57,690 nucleotides of DNA, filler included, from Sphacelaria rigidula (GCA_964200075.2; 9 parts of 9 records of this genome joined end to end with filler, not necessarily neighbours in it), one strand, 5' to 3'; numbered from the whole stretch's first letter, positions 11,421 through 24,760 are shown. Numbers and translations: made by a program. The notes: generated by a model not told the origin, from the letters alone.

Positions 11421-13104
11421 ATTGACTGGTCGGACCTGTGCCCAACCTGTGCCGAACCTCTTCCAAATAGAACACATGCTCCACCCGAAGTTACCTAGGT
11501 TTAGTATGCGACAGCTGTAATTATTTCATCGCATATTTCTCGAGACAGGAAGTAAACTGGCCTGTGACACTTGACATCCCCCCACGAACACACTAGATCT
11601 ATTCAGCGCCACGACGGGCTTGCTCGATTCCCCACAGCGGATCCGAAACGCCCCCGGACGTCGAAGAGAGCGCGTTTTTAGTACATTTTGGCGGTTTGCA
11701 GAGTGCTGCGGGCTCCGCGGCACGCGTTACGGCAAGCCGTTGCGGCGCTGAAAAGTTCTGGTGTGTGGCAAGCGCAAGCGTCAAACCGCAGTCCGATTCT
11801 CTGCCTCGTTGCCGAGATATTTGCGTTGAAAAATCGGCACTTGCGGCTTCAGGAACAGCAGCGTTTATCGAGGTGAAAAATGCGGAATTCTCAAAAGCTT
11901 GGGTGTTTCGAAACTCAAGAAAAAAACGGACTCCCGCGCAGCATGGACGAAGAACAAGGGGGAAACCGGTCAAGACTTATCCTGTGCTTTGACAGCCGCG
12001 CACAAGGTCAAGGCGGCGCCTCAACGCGCGGAGGAGGCTGGAAAAGAACTCAAGGCTGCCACCGAAAGGCTCAACGCCTCTGTTTCATGTCAGAGTCTTG
12101 GGTCCAGCGCATAAGCTAAGCCGGTGCGCCCAATTTTTATTGCGGTCCTTCAGTCCTTTCACAGTCGGGAGACAGCAATGATGTTTTCCTTAACTAAGTG
12201 TGAATACTAATAACAATATGTGAACAATGCAACATGATACAAGCTTCGTTTTGAAGAGTATGTGTTTGTATTTTCTGTCCTGCCATGTGGTGCTGATTTC
12301 TCGTTTACGCTTGTGTACGAGGGACAATTCATTCTCCCAACATTAAGTGCCTCGAACCATTTAGTTTGCTCTGATCAAAATCGGCTGTGTTGTCTCTACG
12401 ATGTCGAGCGCACAAGCCAGGGCCTCAAGCGCGATTTTTTCTATGTTCGATGCACTGCCTTCGATAGACCTAAGACAGCCATGACGTTCGCTGTCACTAC
12501 TGTCTGTGTGCATTCATAACAAGATAACAGAAGGAAAATATGAGACTGGACAGGCGGGATATTTGTGCATTGCGTCTGTACACCAACGACAATCGAAGAA
12601 AATGTGCTGCCACTACTGCCTGTGTACCTCGATAACAAGCCACTCGATGTTGCTGTGCAAAGCAACTTCGCGTTACAACAGCAAGTACCCGTCACCTCTC
12701 GAATTGCAGTGGGCGAAGTCACACATGAAAGTCGCCTGAGCGTANNNNNNNNNNNNNNNNNNNNNNNNNNNNNNNNNNNNNNNNNNNNTTAATTAATTAA
12801 NNNNNNNNNNNNNNNNNNNNNNNNNNNNNNNNNNNNNNNNNNNNTTAAACAAAACTGGCAGTGAAACGAGGGAAATGGTCGGGGCGGGGGTGGTGGGAAG
12901 GTCGCCACGTACTCAACTTGCGGAAGAAGCTGTTATACGTTCTCCAGACGCCTGCAGAACACTGCCAGCATTGTTTTGTTGAGCGTCTTCTCATTATGAC
13001 GCAGGATGAACCTGCACATCTTCACCGGTTGACTTCTGGTGACAACATGCTGTATTAGTTCGTTTAAGGTCGCGCAGCGTTTCATGCTTCATTTCGTTGT
13101 TGAG

Positions 13105-13398
13105 AACGTTTTCGTGAGATTGAGAGTACAGGATACGATTGAGAGTCAAAAGCGGTCAATTCGTGAATGAGTTGTTTCAGTTCTGAAATGACCCTTAGCG
13201 AGGCCCGTTATTCTTCCTGTAGTAGCTTGCCACCGAGGTCCTTGATATCCTTGAGTAAGAGATCGACGTGTAGCTGTAAGAACACGCCAGTGATGGAGGT
13301 AAATGAAAGCACACACTGAATGAAAAGCTGGCCGAGTTAGAGCGAAAAATCAAAGCCGCTCTCAATCAGCGCTCTACTCTCAATCTCACGAAAACGTT
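13105..13398. mobile_element. MITE, same family as 619-890
   Basis: TIR AACGTTTTCGTGAGATTGAGAGTA / TACTCTCAATCTCACGAAAACGTT. Confidence 0.85.
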
Positions 13399-13619
13399 GT
13401 CTGTTGTCGTTGGCTTCGATGATTTCCCACCAGACAAAAATCCAGCAACCCAGACAGGAGGAGGTGTGTATCGATTGTTCTGCACGCGGCACTCAATCTC
13501 AGACAGTACATACAGTCAGTTCGACACATGATCGCTGTTTCCTTTTTTCACCATCATTAGTATCATGGATTTCGTTTGAATCCCTCGCATTTATGTTTCA
13601 CACAAACGGTGCCGAACAG

Positions 13620-16600
13620 GTATTCAGGCTATTCTGCAGACGACTCTCGATTCTGGCGTCCAACATGCGCCTCGCAGGGTTGTCAATAGCGATCTCCCGC
13701 GCGTGCGCAACCGCCGACGAAATTTTGCTTGCCGATGCAGAAGCCATGGCTGCCACTGTCGCTATACCAAAGGGCAACTCCGAAGTCGTCAACGGCGCCG
13801 ACAGTAATTCGGTGCGTTGAAACTATGTGGCCACTGTTAGTCAAGCTGTGTAGGTTGCGCCTGTTTTCCGACATCTCGCTCGGGTGTTGATACCTCATGT
13901 CCCACAACAATGCTTGGCTGTCTGTCGCTATTTCCGTACTCTTTTTCTAGTATCCTCAATGCTCGTGGAGGTCGGAGGTCTACATTACAAGAATAAGAAA
14001 ATCCTGGTCGACCAATATCAGGCTACATGGAAGCTACTCGTCATGCGGCTGTGTATAAGACATCTCGCGGATTGTATCCTCTACTCTCGGGGTATGCCGC
14101 TACTCCCTCTATCCCATGAGAATCCTACCCCGCGACTCGCGAGCCACCTGGGCGTCGACTGCAGCCAAGATTATGTCACTCGTATGCTACGTGCCTGCTC
14201 TTGCGGTTGACTCTCCACCGTACGATGTGGGCGGCACCCTCGATGTGTTGAACATATTAGACTGTTTGCCGTTGAAGTATGTACCGCCTATCTGTTTCCC
14301 TAAACGTCGTTCATGTGAGCCCTTATGGGGTGATCGTTGTCTTTGTGCCACTATTGTCAAAAGGAGAAATCATTCTGGAAAGACGTGCAACGTCGGACAC
14401 CATCGTATCGGTTACTCTACCATCGGTTGAGGACGTCACAGATCGATTATTGTACCCTCCCACCTTGCGTCCCACCAACCCTCTGCTGAAGTCCCCTTCC
14501 TCCTCATCCCCGCCCTTCGACTGCCCCCCTCTTCCATGGCACATAATTTACTACTTTTGTTGATCATGATATGGCATTCCCTGCAATCAGGGCGGCAAAA
14601 ACTCAGCATGTGAAGGATCGGTATCGCTGTTATCATCGGGGAGCAAGGCCACGAGCACCAAGCCTGCCGACCAGCTCGCCATGGCCATGAGCAATTCGCA
14701 AAAAAGGCTAAAAGGTGGGAATAATACACGACCTACGAAGGGGGATAGGAAAGCAGCAAAGACGTCGTTGGGTGAGGGCGGGACAGAAGATAAGGCAAAC
14801 TTATTGGAGAACAGTCAACGAGACACGTGGGCTCATGCACGAGCAGCTCTGGTGCTCAGGAAGGAAGCCGTTGCGACGGTTATGCGGTGGATTGCTGGAG
14901 CAAAGACCGTCCAGGTCAGTCTCAGAAGATGCATCGATTTACATGCTGCAGGTACCGCGCCCCGGTGGTGTAATGGTCCGACTGTCGCTATTAGGATGGA
15001 GAGAACGAGGGTTCGATTCCCGATGCGTTGGGTTTTTCATCGTATCATCTTATTTCCACCGCAGAAAGCTCAAGAACGTGAGTAAACAAAATGGTTGACT
15101 GAGTTTGTTTGACGTGAGTTGACGCGGTGCGGGAGTGCTGAGCCAATCCGCGAGGGCAAAATGCAAGGCGTGTAAGGTGGAGAGATGGGTTGATCCCTTG
15201 AGACCATGGACTCGTTTCGAGGAAGGGGAGGGTTTCAAAGTGCGGCGAATAATAAGAATAAAAAAAATAGGACTGCGTAGTTATCATGTTTTACTCCCGT
15301 GGGTTGAACTTGAGGTGTCTTTTGCCCAAAACGGTGTGCCGAGATACCTGCGAATTGATTGATCTCTACAAGCAGATGCGGTTCAGTTGTCTCGTTATCA
15401 ATGCTTTGCCACGTTTACACGGGAGGATACGTCAGCTGAATGCCCTCTCGAACTTATCGCACAATTACCAAGGCTCCCCCGTTCCCCCAATGAGGCAGCA
15501 CAGTATATGCGGTTGGCATGTTCTCTTTACCCCCAAAATCCCACAACGATCATGTCTGTTAAGGTGACCTACCGGGCTTTTCGGTGTCGTAGCTCCTACC
15601 AGTCCCTCCTCACGAGGAGAAGGCAAGCCGCCGTGATGCTGCAGTCATGCGAGCGCAGGCGGAGGGCATGCCGCACCGCGGCATTCATGGCGGAACAGCA
15701 GCTGAGCTCTTGGGAGCAACTGTGGGACGACTCTTCAGGCTGCTTATACTTTTTCCACACGGTATAAGCAGTAGACAAGGCGCTTTGCCCACAGTGCACT
15801 CAACTTATGGAAAGCCCGGTTGGTGTGATTCGATTCAAGTATGACGGTACATATGTTCATGTTCCTAAGGTTCTCTAGTTTCCTTTAGCCAGTGCTTCTG
15901 TTTCGTTTACCTCGAGGATATCTACCTTGTGATCATGGCGTGATCCCGCGTAGGGGATAATAAGGTAATATTGTGCGATATCCAATCAGTATTTATATCA
16001 TTCTATTGCATCTGAACAGACGAAATACACACACACATATGCATGCAAATATTTTCTTATAGTGGCACCTTCGAAATTGTTAGCGGAGAGTGAAAAAATA
16101 TAATCGTGTAGTGAAATGCTCAAATGTTTGCCGCGGTGATCGAATGCCATTTATGAGTCATGCTTGTGACATAGATATCCTTCTTGCTCTATTTTCGGTG
16201 TGATACGTAGCCCGGTTGAACGCTGCCTAGGTCGGCATTCTGCTGTCCCATCATTTGTTTTTCTCTTACCGTGTCTAACATGATACGTGTGACACTATCT
16301 CTATCGATTTATTGAAAATATACGGGTAAACGACGACGTGTGGTAGTATTGCATAAGCTAACCTCCGGGTATCACATCATGGGCAATGTAGTCACGTCTA
16401 GATTTTGTTTTATGCTCAACTGCTTTGAAACAATCCGAATGATATGCGATACACTATTTGCACTCCTGATAGGCAACGGGTTTGATAAAGGTGAGTGAGT
16501 GATATTGATTTCTTTTTGCCGTTTGAAGTCTGTCCGATCTGAGGTGCCTTGTTTCCATTTTTCCTCTGTTACCCCATTCCAGGACACTGGTGAATCGCAC

Positions 16601-17662
16601 TGGGAAGACCCTGGAGTGCCATATCGGCCAATGACCCGGGATTGCAGAACGGGTGGGTTAATTCAGGCTTGGCCACAACTTGAAAAGGAACTGGCGGAGG
16701 TGGGTCATCGATGTTGCGGTTTTTTCCAAGCAGACATTCAGTGTGCATTTTGATCATGTATGTGTGCATGTATGTATGTATTTTGGTTACGCATGCATTT
16801 TATATTTATTTTTGTTATGTTGTTTTGTTATGTATTATTGTTACCTATTTTGGTTATGTATGTCGGTTTATATGTGCAATGCATGCATGCATGCATGCAT
16901 GTATGTATGTATGTATGTATGTATGTATGTATGTATGTATGTATGTATGTATGTATGTATGTATGTATGTACGTATTACCTCCACTGCGGGGTAGTCTGC
17001 CCTCTGCGCGGCACGCATTTTGAATCGACCTCACGTATTGTCGTTCCTCGGTCGAACATAACAACTCCAATCACATTTATGCATCATCGTTTTGCACTGA
17101 GTAGGTGAAATGCTTCGTAGCGCAAAAATTGATCAACATCATAACGCTCGCCGGGCCATATCCACTTCTGATACGTCTTTTCACCAAAAAACACGTAAAG
17201 TTATAACTGCTGTTCCACGTGTTCTTACCTTGTGGCACATATAGGGCTCCAGAATCTCGACACATACCAGCAATACCACGTACGTCTTGTTACAGTACTA
17301 CCTTGATGCCGCCGCGCTGCTTGAGGGATAATAAGTAGTTTACGAAGTCAACGCGAACGACTGTACTGTTTCACGATCCAAAACGTTTCGGAAAGTCGTT
17401 GCTGACACCTACGCTCAACCGTGTCCTTGTCGCACCCTCTACTGCCACACTGTAAAAATGTTTTTTTTAGTCTGCTGGCGCCGAGCCAGGATATTGCATG
17501 CAATGCCTCACGGAGGTTGCTACTCGAGTGTGCAATCAGTGCTCCCGTCCACGACCAAAACCAACAATCTTGGGTAAAAAGAGACGAGACGCTAGCGCCG
17601 GAGGTGCCGGTGGTGATGAGTGGGGTGGGGACAAGTGGCATCTGTGCTTCGTCTGCTTTGCT
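13620..17662 (+). CDS. IQ-motif / WW-domain / B-box-like zinc finger protein, partial; exons 13620-13811, 14591-14914, 15564-15761, 16583-16699, 17471-17662
   Basis: All five exons are AG/GT-bounded, phase 0 and open. Splicing creates an IQ-like motif (AKTVQ|VTYRAFRCR) and a complete WW domain (WEQLWDDSSGCLYFFHT|DTGESHWEDP). The last exon carries CMQC..CNQC..CFVCF. Confidence 0.85.
14954..15270 (+). mobile_element. tRNA-derived SINE family B (intronic)
   Basis: A box TGGTGTAATGG, B box GGTTCGATTCC and an A-rich tail. A second copy lies at 17669-17990. Confidence 0.75.
16878..16972. repeat. (TGCA)n-(TATG)n microsatellite
   Basis: Direct inspection. Confidence 0.95.
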
Positions 17663-17668
17663 GTGAGT

Positions 17669-17990
17669 ATACGGGTGGTGAAAATGGTCCGACCATTGCC
17701 ATTAGGGTGGAGAGAACGACGGTGTGATTCCCGATGCGTTTGGTTTTTCTTCGTAGTATTTGATTTCCACCGTGGAAAGCGTGAGAACGCGAGTAAACAA
17801 AGTAATTGACTGAGTTTGTTTGACGTGACTTGACGCGCTGCGGAAGTGCTGACCCAATCCGCGAGAGCAAAATGCAAGGCGTGTACCGGGGAGAGATGGG
17901 CTGATCCCTCGAGACCACGGACTCGTCCCGTGGAAGGAGAGGGGTTCAAAGTGCGACAGATAGAACAAAAATGAAAATGAAGAATAAAAT
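17669..17990 (+). mobile_element. tRNA-derived SINE family B, second copy
   Basis: Colinear with 14954-15270 over about 300 bp, with decayed boxes and an A-rich tail. Confidence 0.75.
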
Positions 17991-19441
17991 ATACCGATTC
18001 GATTGATTTGAATGATTGAGACGAGTGGTTCTACGGTATGGGTGCACAGTTTAGGCCAAAATGTGTCCGAAGGTGCACGCTTGGGCCCAGATGTTTCTCG
18101 TTGAGGGACTCCTAAGGTGAAGAGCCTCAGACGGCATTTGTGAAGCGCTACCGTGTCACTATTCTCAGAGTCGAACTTATTCTGAACCGCTACGTAAACC
18201 AGAGTTGTTCGTACGATGCGCGTACCCAGAAAATGCTTGGAGAATCACTTGCTCAAGGCACCTCGAGAAGCGAGAAAGACGGGGGAGGAGAAGGGGAAGG
18301 GACAGAAGTGAAGAGAAGAAAAGTAGAAAAAGAGAGATGAGGAAAGAGAAGGAAGCGATTGCGCGATAGCTGAGCGTTGAATCATTTGGGTGGGAACAAT
18401 TCCATATTCATGAGCAGAGCCATACATGAGGGAAATATTTGTCCACTTGGTTCACATTGGTATCTTGCGGTCTGTCTGCTCTCAAGCCTGGCTCTGCCGT
18501 AGCGGCCGCGCGTTACGGTTTGCATCGACGTTAACCGTGTTGACAACTGAAGATCAACCATACTGAGAGTTTTTTGTTCTATGCTCAGACCTATTGAGTC
18601 TACCAGTATCTTTGTTTCATCGGGAGTGGTCGCGCCTGTTTTCATTGCTGTTGCCGATAGTGACGCTCATGAGCGAACTGGACGTTTCTCAGAATGTATA
18701 TACGGGTATGCTCTCTGTGAACGGTACACCGCGCCCTAAAAGCTGAAACTAATACTCACGGTTGCTTGCTCCTGTCTCACACTTGTTGGGGTGTACCATG
18801 GGTGGCGTCTGGAGCATTGGTACACTCCAACAGTACTGTAGACTGTTCTTGAAGGTAAATCCGCAGTGCGAGGCGAGTGCCCTCCGTGACCTCCCTCTAA
18901 CACTCCGCGTACAACACTACTGTCGACGCGTGTGCCGTTAGCGATGCTGTCTAAACGCAAATATCGAGAAATGACTACAATTTCCGAGAATATCGGTGGC
19001 TGTTCCCCACATAGATGATGCACCTCGCACGGCTGATAGCGATGTCTCGCGCCCCTTCTTGCTATGGAAGTGCCATCGAGCATTGATGTGTATGTAACAG
19101 TGGATTCTCGAAAATGGGGTTGAAAATAGATAATGAGGTTCAACTCAAAAGCCGTGCTTTCCCTGNNNNNNNNNNNNNNNNNNNNNNNNNNNNNNNNNNN
19201 NNNNNNNNNTTAATTAATTAANNNNNNNNNNNNNNNNNNNNNNNNNNNNNNNNNNNNNNNNNNNNGCACGAATACCGAGACCCGCGAAAAAGGTGTACTG
19301 GACCGGGGCGCAGCCCCGGGTCCCGTGCGGCTTGTATATATATATATATATATATATATGGGCATTATATTTAAATTATTTTCTAACTGACTGATGAACT
19401 GTGTTGGTTATTGGCCGCCACCGCCGTCGCCGCCTGAGCAG

Positions 19442-21911
19442 GATCACAACAGCGACCGAACAACCAGGGGATACGTGCTGACGGCGTTGACCAAGCTGGC
19501 GGGTCGACTAGGTGAAGAGCACGAAGAGTCGATAGAGGGGTTGCTGCAGACTTACGGCGAATCGATGAATTTGGAGCTGCAGGTGAACGAGCTAATGGTC
19601 ACATGGGCGCGCGCACGCGCCCAGAGAGCGAGAAAAAAAAACGCATGCATACGCACGTGAACACACAACATATTGTGAACGTGTGTGATACTTGACATGC
19701 GAAGACTTCTCGGCCGATATCATTCATGTATCATTTACCCTGCATCCCCGCCCCCCCCCCGCCCACGCGGTTTTTCGAGTATAGGTGTATCTGTGCGGGT
19801 AACGATCTATCCCCATGTTTTCAGAATTGGGATCGTCAAGTATCTCAGGTGCAGGTTGCTGTTTAATTAGTTTGGCCACATCGAAATTTCCAAAATGCAT
19901 GTAGGACACAGCAGCATCACCCACTATGCCATGTGCCATGGAGTCATACTACACATTAAAATGACGTCGTATTATCGCTTGCATCGACAGAAGGCAGGAG
20001 GACTACAGGCATCAAATCAATGGTACATCCACACGCAAAAACCACGGGGGATAGCGGGGTCATTCACTTCGCCCCGACTTCCATACCCCCCCCCCCCTTG
20101 ACTTGATAACGATGGTTGATGGTGATTGCGTTTTCAGGCGAGGTCCTGCGAATATACGCAGCTTTTGCGACCAGACCTGAACGACTTGCGGAAGGGGATG
20201 TTGGACCGTATGCCGGTGCCGGATGAGGAGACTGTTCGCAATCGGCGGGCGCGGTTCCGAACTGAAAACGATGTGAGCAAACGAATAATCGTTGTATTTT
20301 TCTATATTTTTATTTCGCGAGGACCCGTTTGAACGTCCTCCGAGAGTTGTGTTTCCCGACGCGAGAAATTTTTCCGCTGACGATGCCGTGAGTTTTTTTT
20401 TGCAGAGGAGAAACAGAAAGTATTTTGTAGGCGCAGATGAATGACACTATCATCTATTATAGGTGTATATGGGGAGGCGGGGAAGTCCTCGGTTCGAGTG
20501 TTGCAGTGAGGAAAACATGTTGGTCAAATGGGCGTGCGTGCTGCAGCAGTTTTTGCCGTGGTTACGGGAAGATGCACGCGTTGTTTGTTTGTATCGTGTT
20601 GCTCCACGGGGTGACGTCTCCGTGAATGCCTAGTCATAGCATGTACCACAACTGGTCTCGAAAGTAGGGTGGGAAATAGACGTGCCATATGCTTTCGGCC
20701 GGCGGTATCACCGCTCTGATATTTTACTTCGCTGGGACCGCAGTAGGATGCCGGCCGCAGCTTACACATGCGTGGAACGGTCTTTTCTATGCAGATGTTT
20801 TTCTCTGTACCAATGGTGATTATTTCGAACTCCCACAGCACAAGGTCTGTCTGACTTCCTACTATCGTAAGGGCGCGGAGGTTGTCGTTTTTGTCGTTGC
20901 TGTCGCTTGATAGTGGTCGTTGTTGCTCGATAGTGATCGTTGTCGCTTGATAGTGGCCGTTGTTGCTCGATAGTGATCGTTGTCGCTTGATAGTGGCCGT
21001 TGTTGCTTAATAATGGCCATCGTTGCTTGATAATGGTCGTTGTCGCTTGATAGTGGTCGTTGTTGCTTGATAATGGTCGTTGTCGTTTAATAATGGTCGT
21101 TGTTGCTTGATAATGGCCGTTGTCGCTTGATAATGGTCGTTGTCGTTTAATAATGGTCGTTGTTGCTTGATAATGGCCGTTGTCGCTTGATAATGGCCGT
21201 TGTCGCTTGATAATGGTCGTTGTCGTTTAATAATGGTCGTTGTTGCTTGATAATGGCCGTTGTCGCTTGATAATGGTCGTTATTGCTTGATAATGGCCCT
21301 TGTTGGAGATGTTGGTGCTGGTGCTGCTGGTGCTGCTGGTGCTGAAAAACACCCGAACCCTGTGTTGTAAATATTTGCTCCTTGACACGCGTATTTCGTT
21401 CATGGTGACAAAAAAAAAAACCCAGAAAGACGGAGGAGACGGCGACGAAGAGAACGCATCAGACGCATCAGATGACGAGGATGACGATGGCGACGAACAC
21501 AACGGGCTCCCATCTTTCCGCATCGCCAAGGCCCGAAGTACCAAACGCGGCGGGACCTCAGGTGGCAAAGGAACCGCCCCTGGAACCAAGGGCAGCAAAG
21601 CCGTACAGCCCCTGGCCGGGCCTCCATCGGCTGCCGGCACCCGCGCGGGTGGCGCAGTAAAGCAACAGCAACAACCTGTTGCAAACTTGCTTGACTTGGA
21701 TGATCTGTTTGGGGGCGGAGGAGGGGGGACAAGCGGCGATAACGCGGCGTTGTCGGTAGCGGGGGCAGCAGGGGCGAGCGCTGGGGCGGGGGGTTTGAGC
21801 GGGGCCCCCGGCGGAACGACGGCCACCGTCGATTTGATGGCCGATATTTTTTCGGCGCCTGCTGTGCCGTCTGCGTCTGCGTCGGCGGCGTCTACTGCCG
21901 TCGGAGCGAAG
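19442..21911 (+). CDS. AP1G1: AP-1 complex subunit gamma (gamma-adaptin), partial; exons 19442-19582, 20138-20272, 21426-21911
   Basis: TTRGYVLTALTKLAGRL..YGESMNLELQ|ARSCEYTQLL..LRKGMLDRMPV matches the C-terminal trunk of gamma-adaptin. It is followed by a low-complexity hinge containing a clathrin-box-like LLDLD. Junctions are phase-0 GT-AG. Confidence 0.88.
20901..21300. repeat. Intronic 20-bp minisatellite (TGTCGCTTGATAATGGTCGT) x20
   Basis: Exact 20-bp period with substitution variants only. Confidence 0.95.
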
Positions 21912-21961
21912 GTGTGTTGTGTTGCGTTACAAGCTTGTTCAGGGTGAACGTTTGAAATTTA

Positions 21962-23368
21962 CAGGGGTCTACACGTTGTATGTGCCACAACGTTACGTGT
22001 TACGTTTTGGCCGAAACATAACGTGAAAGCTTTTTTTCCAACGTGACTGACGGAACGTAAACTTCACGTTGGGTTTTCAAATAAAACGATAACGTAACGT
22101 TCAATTTACCAAACGTTCAAAACACGCAATATGAAACGTTTCGTTGAACGTGTAACGTCTATTACACGTTACACATGTGCATTAAACGTTTCACATTACA
22201 TGAAACGTCATGAACGCGTAAAACATGGAGCGATGCACACTTCAAGTTTGTAATGAAGTTTGAAATCCGAGAAGATTGTGCTTCAATGAACCAGGGCTCT
22301 ACACGTTATACGTGCCACAACGTTACACGTTACGCTCACGTTATGTTTTGGGCGAAACATGACGTAACATTTTTTTTTCACGTGACGAACGTAACGTAAC
22401 GTGACAGTTGATTTTTCAAATGAAAAATCCATGAGTCCGTGCACAGTGAAACAAAAGCTTGTCAAGCTAGATGAATGCATCGATTGCCTGGACCGCGGTG
22501 TGAACCTGTCATATACAAAACAATCGACTTAACGGTCGACGAGGGAATAGGACTGCTGAACCCCTCTCGCGATTAAAAAAAGAAGGCAAGCACCGCAGAA
22601 GGAAGGCGGGGTACTAAAAACAAACAAACAAGCTACTGTGTTGACCTTCCTCCTGTGTGACCCCGGCTGATGCGCCCACATATACCGAATGGTGTAGACC
22701 AGCGTCCACAATGGATGAGACCACAACACATACATGTATGTATACATACGTACGCCTACTTTTGACGGCCGTGATGAGCTATCCTATTTGTACACGTATA
22801 CATGTAAAAACATGTAAAATCAAGGGTACCCGATATAGTTTTGTCTGCGAAACGCCAGGAAGACTCAAGCCGGCGTTTAATCATCTTCACGGTCTGTTGT
22901 GTATACAGTATGTGCTGTCGCGCGAATGGCCAAGCATTTGGAAATTGAAAAGTGAAAACAAAAAGATGAAAAGAAAAGAAAAGACGTTAACATATTATGG
23001 TCCAGAACGAACGAACGATACACTGTAGAAGAAGTAACGTCTTTTCACGTACACGGTAACATCACGCGTTACACAACACGTTTCAGCGCCTTCAACACTG
23101 GTTAATGAGCCGCGACATGAACGAACGAAACGTTACATTCTAACACTACACGTGTCAATGAAACGTTATATAAGACGTCACACGTCCCATGAAACTTTTC
23201 ACATCACGTTACATGTAACCAAACGTCACGTTATTTTTTCAAAGGAAACGTGAACGTAACCTGATTTTTATTTAACGTGCCAACGAAGCGTAACGTGAAC
23301 GTTAAATGTTACAAACGCGATGAACGTGACGTGAATGTGAACGTGAACGTGTAACGTGTAGGCCTCTA
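21962..23368. mobile_element. AACGT-rich non-autonomous TIR element(s), hAT-like termini, with nested insertions
   Basis: Left ends CAGGGGTCTACACGTT (21962) and CAGGGCTCTACACGTT (22292), right end AACGTGTAGGCCTCTA (23368), and dense AACGT/ACGTT subterminal motifs. It contains a SINE A tail at 22530-22735. Confidence 0.6.
22530..22735 (+). mobile_element. SINE family A, 3' part
   Basis: Shares GTGACCCCGGCTGATGCGCCCACATATACCGAA...GCGTCCA..ATGGATG with the full copy at 23398. Confidence 0.75.
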
Positions 23369-23397
23369 AGATTTTATTCCCCACTATTAATCGATGG

Positions 23398-23745
23398 CCG
23401 GTCGCCCCGGTGGCTTAGTTGGTGACCCCGAATCCTTGTGACGGTTGGGTCATGGGTTCGAATCTCGGTGCAGTCACACGATCTGGATTTTTTTCTCACA
23501 CAATGCCCAACAGTGGAGAGCGACCATATCATGGGTGCACAAAACTGGACTCCACGGTCGATAATGGGAAGGGATCGCTAAGGCCCTCTCGTGATGAAAA
23601 TAAGGCAAATACCGTAGAAGGAAGGTGGGATACAAATACGAAATGAAAAAAAGAAGTCCTGTGTTGCCCTTCCTCCTGTGACCCCGGCTGATGCGCCCAC
23701 ATATACCGAAACGTATAGATTGGCGTCCAGAGTAGATGGGGCGAC

Positions 23746-23781
<36 letters not shown>
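23398..23781 (+). mobile_element. tRNA-derived SINE family A, full length, (AC)n tail
   Basis: A box TGGCTTAGTTGG, B box GGTTCGAATCT, a conserved body and an (AC)n tail. Partial copies at 1-91, 22530-22735, 50490-50585, 51070-51270, 51371-51500 and 55480-55870. Confidence 0.85.
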
Positions 23782-23783
<2 letters not shown>

Positions 23784-23959
23784 ATGCAGAACGCAAACGT
23801 GACCCGATATGAAACATATTTGGCATCACAGTGAATCCACTCCTACGAGCGAACGAATAGTGTGACGCAGCCAGAATGTTTTTCGCGTCCTTTGCTGTGG
23901 CGCTTGTAGCGAAAATGCTTATCGACCAATCAGGGGGCTTTGAATTATTCTAAAATTAG

Positions 23960-24760
23960 AACCCGAATTTCCGATACAATTTCTACCCTAAGCTTATCAT
24001 GATTCAAACCTTCGTAACCACCATCAGCTAGGGAATCTAACGCAACAAACAGATTTGAAGACGGTTTGTGTGTGATCGAGTTATACGCCCAAGCCGTCGT
24101 ATTTCGGTGGTGTGGGGTTTCGGCGTCGTCGTCTTCCCATTGATGATCTGCATCGAAGGCCCAGAGAGCATGGTGACGATTTCCCTTACACCTGTCGTGA
24201 AAAATATCCGATCATCCTCAAACTTTGCGTCTGGTAGATATGGTTGCTCCAACGTCAAAATATCCGCAGGCGCCGCATTTTTTCTCTGGCCGTGTCTTTG
24301 TCCTGAGGCCGTTCTCGACACCTCGGAGCCAAGCGGATCGGAGAAGTGGGCTAGGCTCCTCTCGGTGGGGCGGTGCAAAGTGTCGGACGCGAGTGATGGT
24401 GATATTCCATATTTCGGGGCCAATAGCTATGTCCCGAGAGTGAAAAATCTACCCCCCAAAAGTACGAACCGTAAGAAACGGTCTTGGACCCTGAAGTTTC
24501 GCGCACGTGCACTACGGGATGTTACGGAACTTGCTGTAAATGTTTTTTTATTCCTCATCCGCCAGATATCCGGGGTCCCACGAGGCGATTTGAGGCCATA
24601 TGCCACCCGGGACTCCGGATATCTGGTAAAAGCAAACATCCACAGAAATTTTCGCAGCGTCCTGCAGAACGCATGTGCAAAGTTTCAGGATCTAACTTCA
24701 AAACCCGCTTTAGAGATGGCGGGGAGGAGAAATTTTGGGCGTTTACTCTGAACCAGCCTG
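23960..24760. mobile_element. Tc1/mariner-like non-autonomous element fragment (right end AACCAGCCTG-TA)
   Basis: Its terminus and internal blocks are homologous to 32267-33756. Confidence 0.6.

Noticed and set aside
11696..12744. Additional plus-strand exons (KAAPQRAEEAGKELKAATERL; EENVLPLLPVYLDNKPLDV)
   Set aside because: They look coding, but I could not establish consistent splice sites or a family.
16680..17108. ORFs with MYVC repeats
   Set aside because: They are translations of the (TATG)n microsatellite.
20901..21300. CRISPR or coding repeat
   Set aside because: Contiguous 20-bp units with no spacers, lying inside an intron.
23398..23475. tRNA gene (also 1-91 and 14954-15025)
   Set aside because: A/B boxes are present but I see no complete cloverleaf, and each continues into a dispersed repeat body, so these are SINE heads.
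24068..24751. 227-aa ORF as a transposase
   Set aside because: No DDE/D or HTH motif is recognisable, and the homologous element at 32267-33756 does not preserve the frame.
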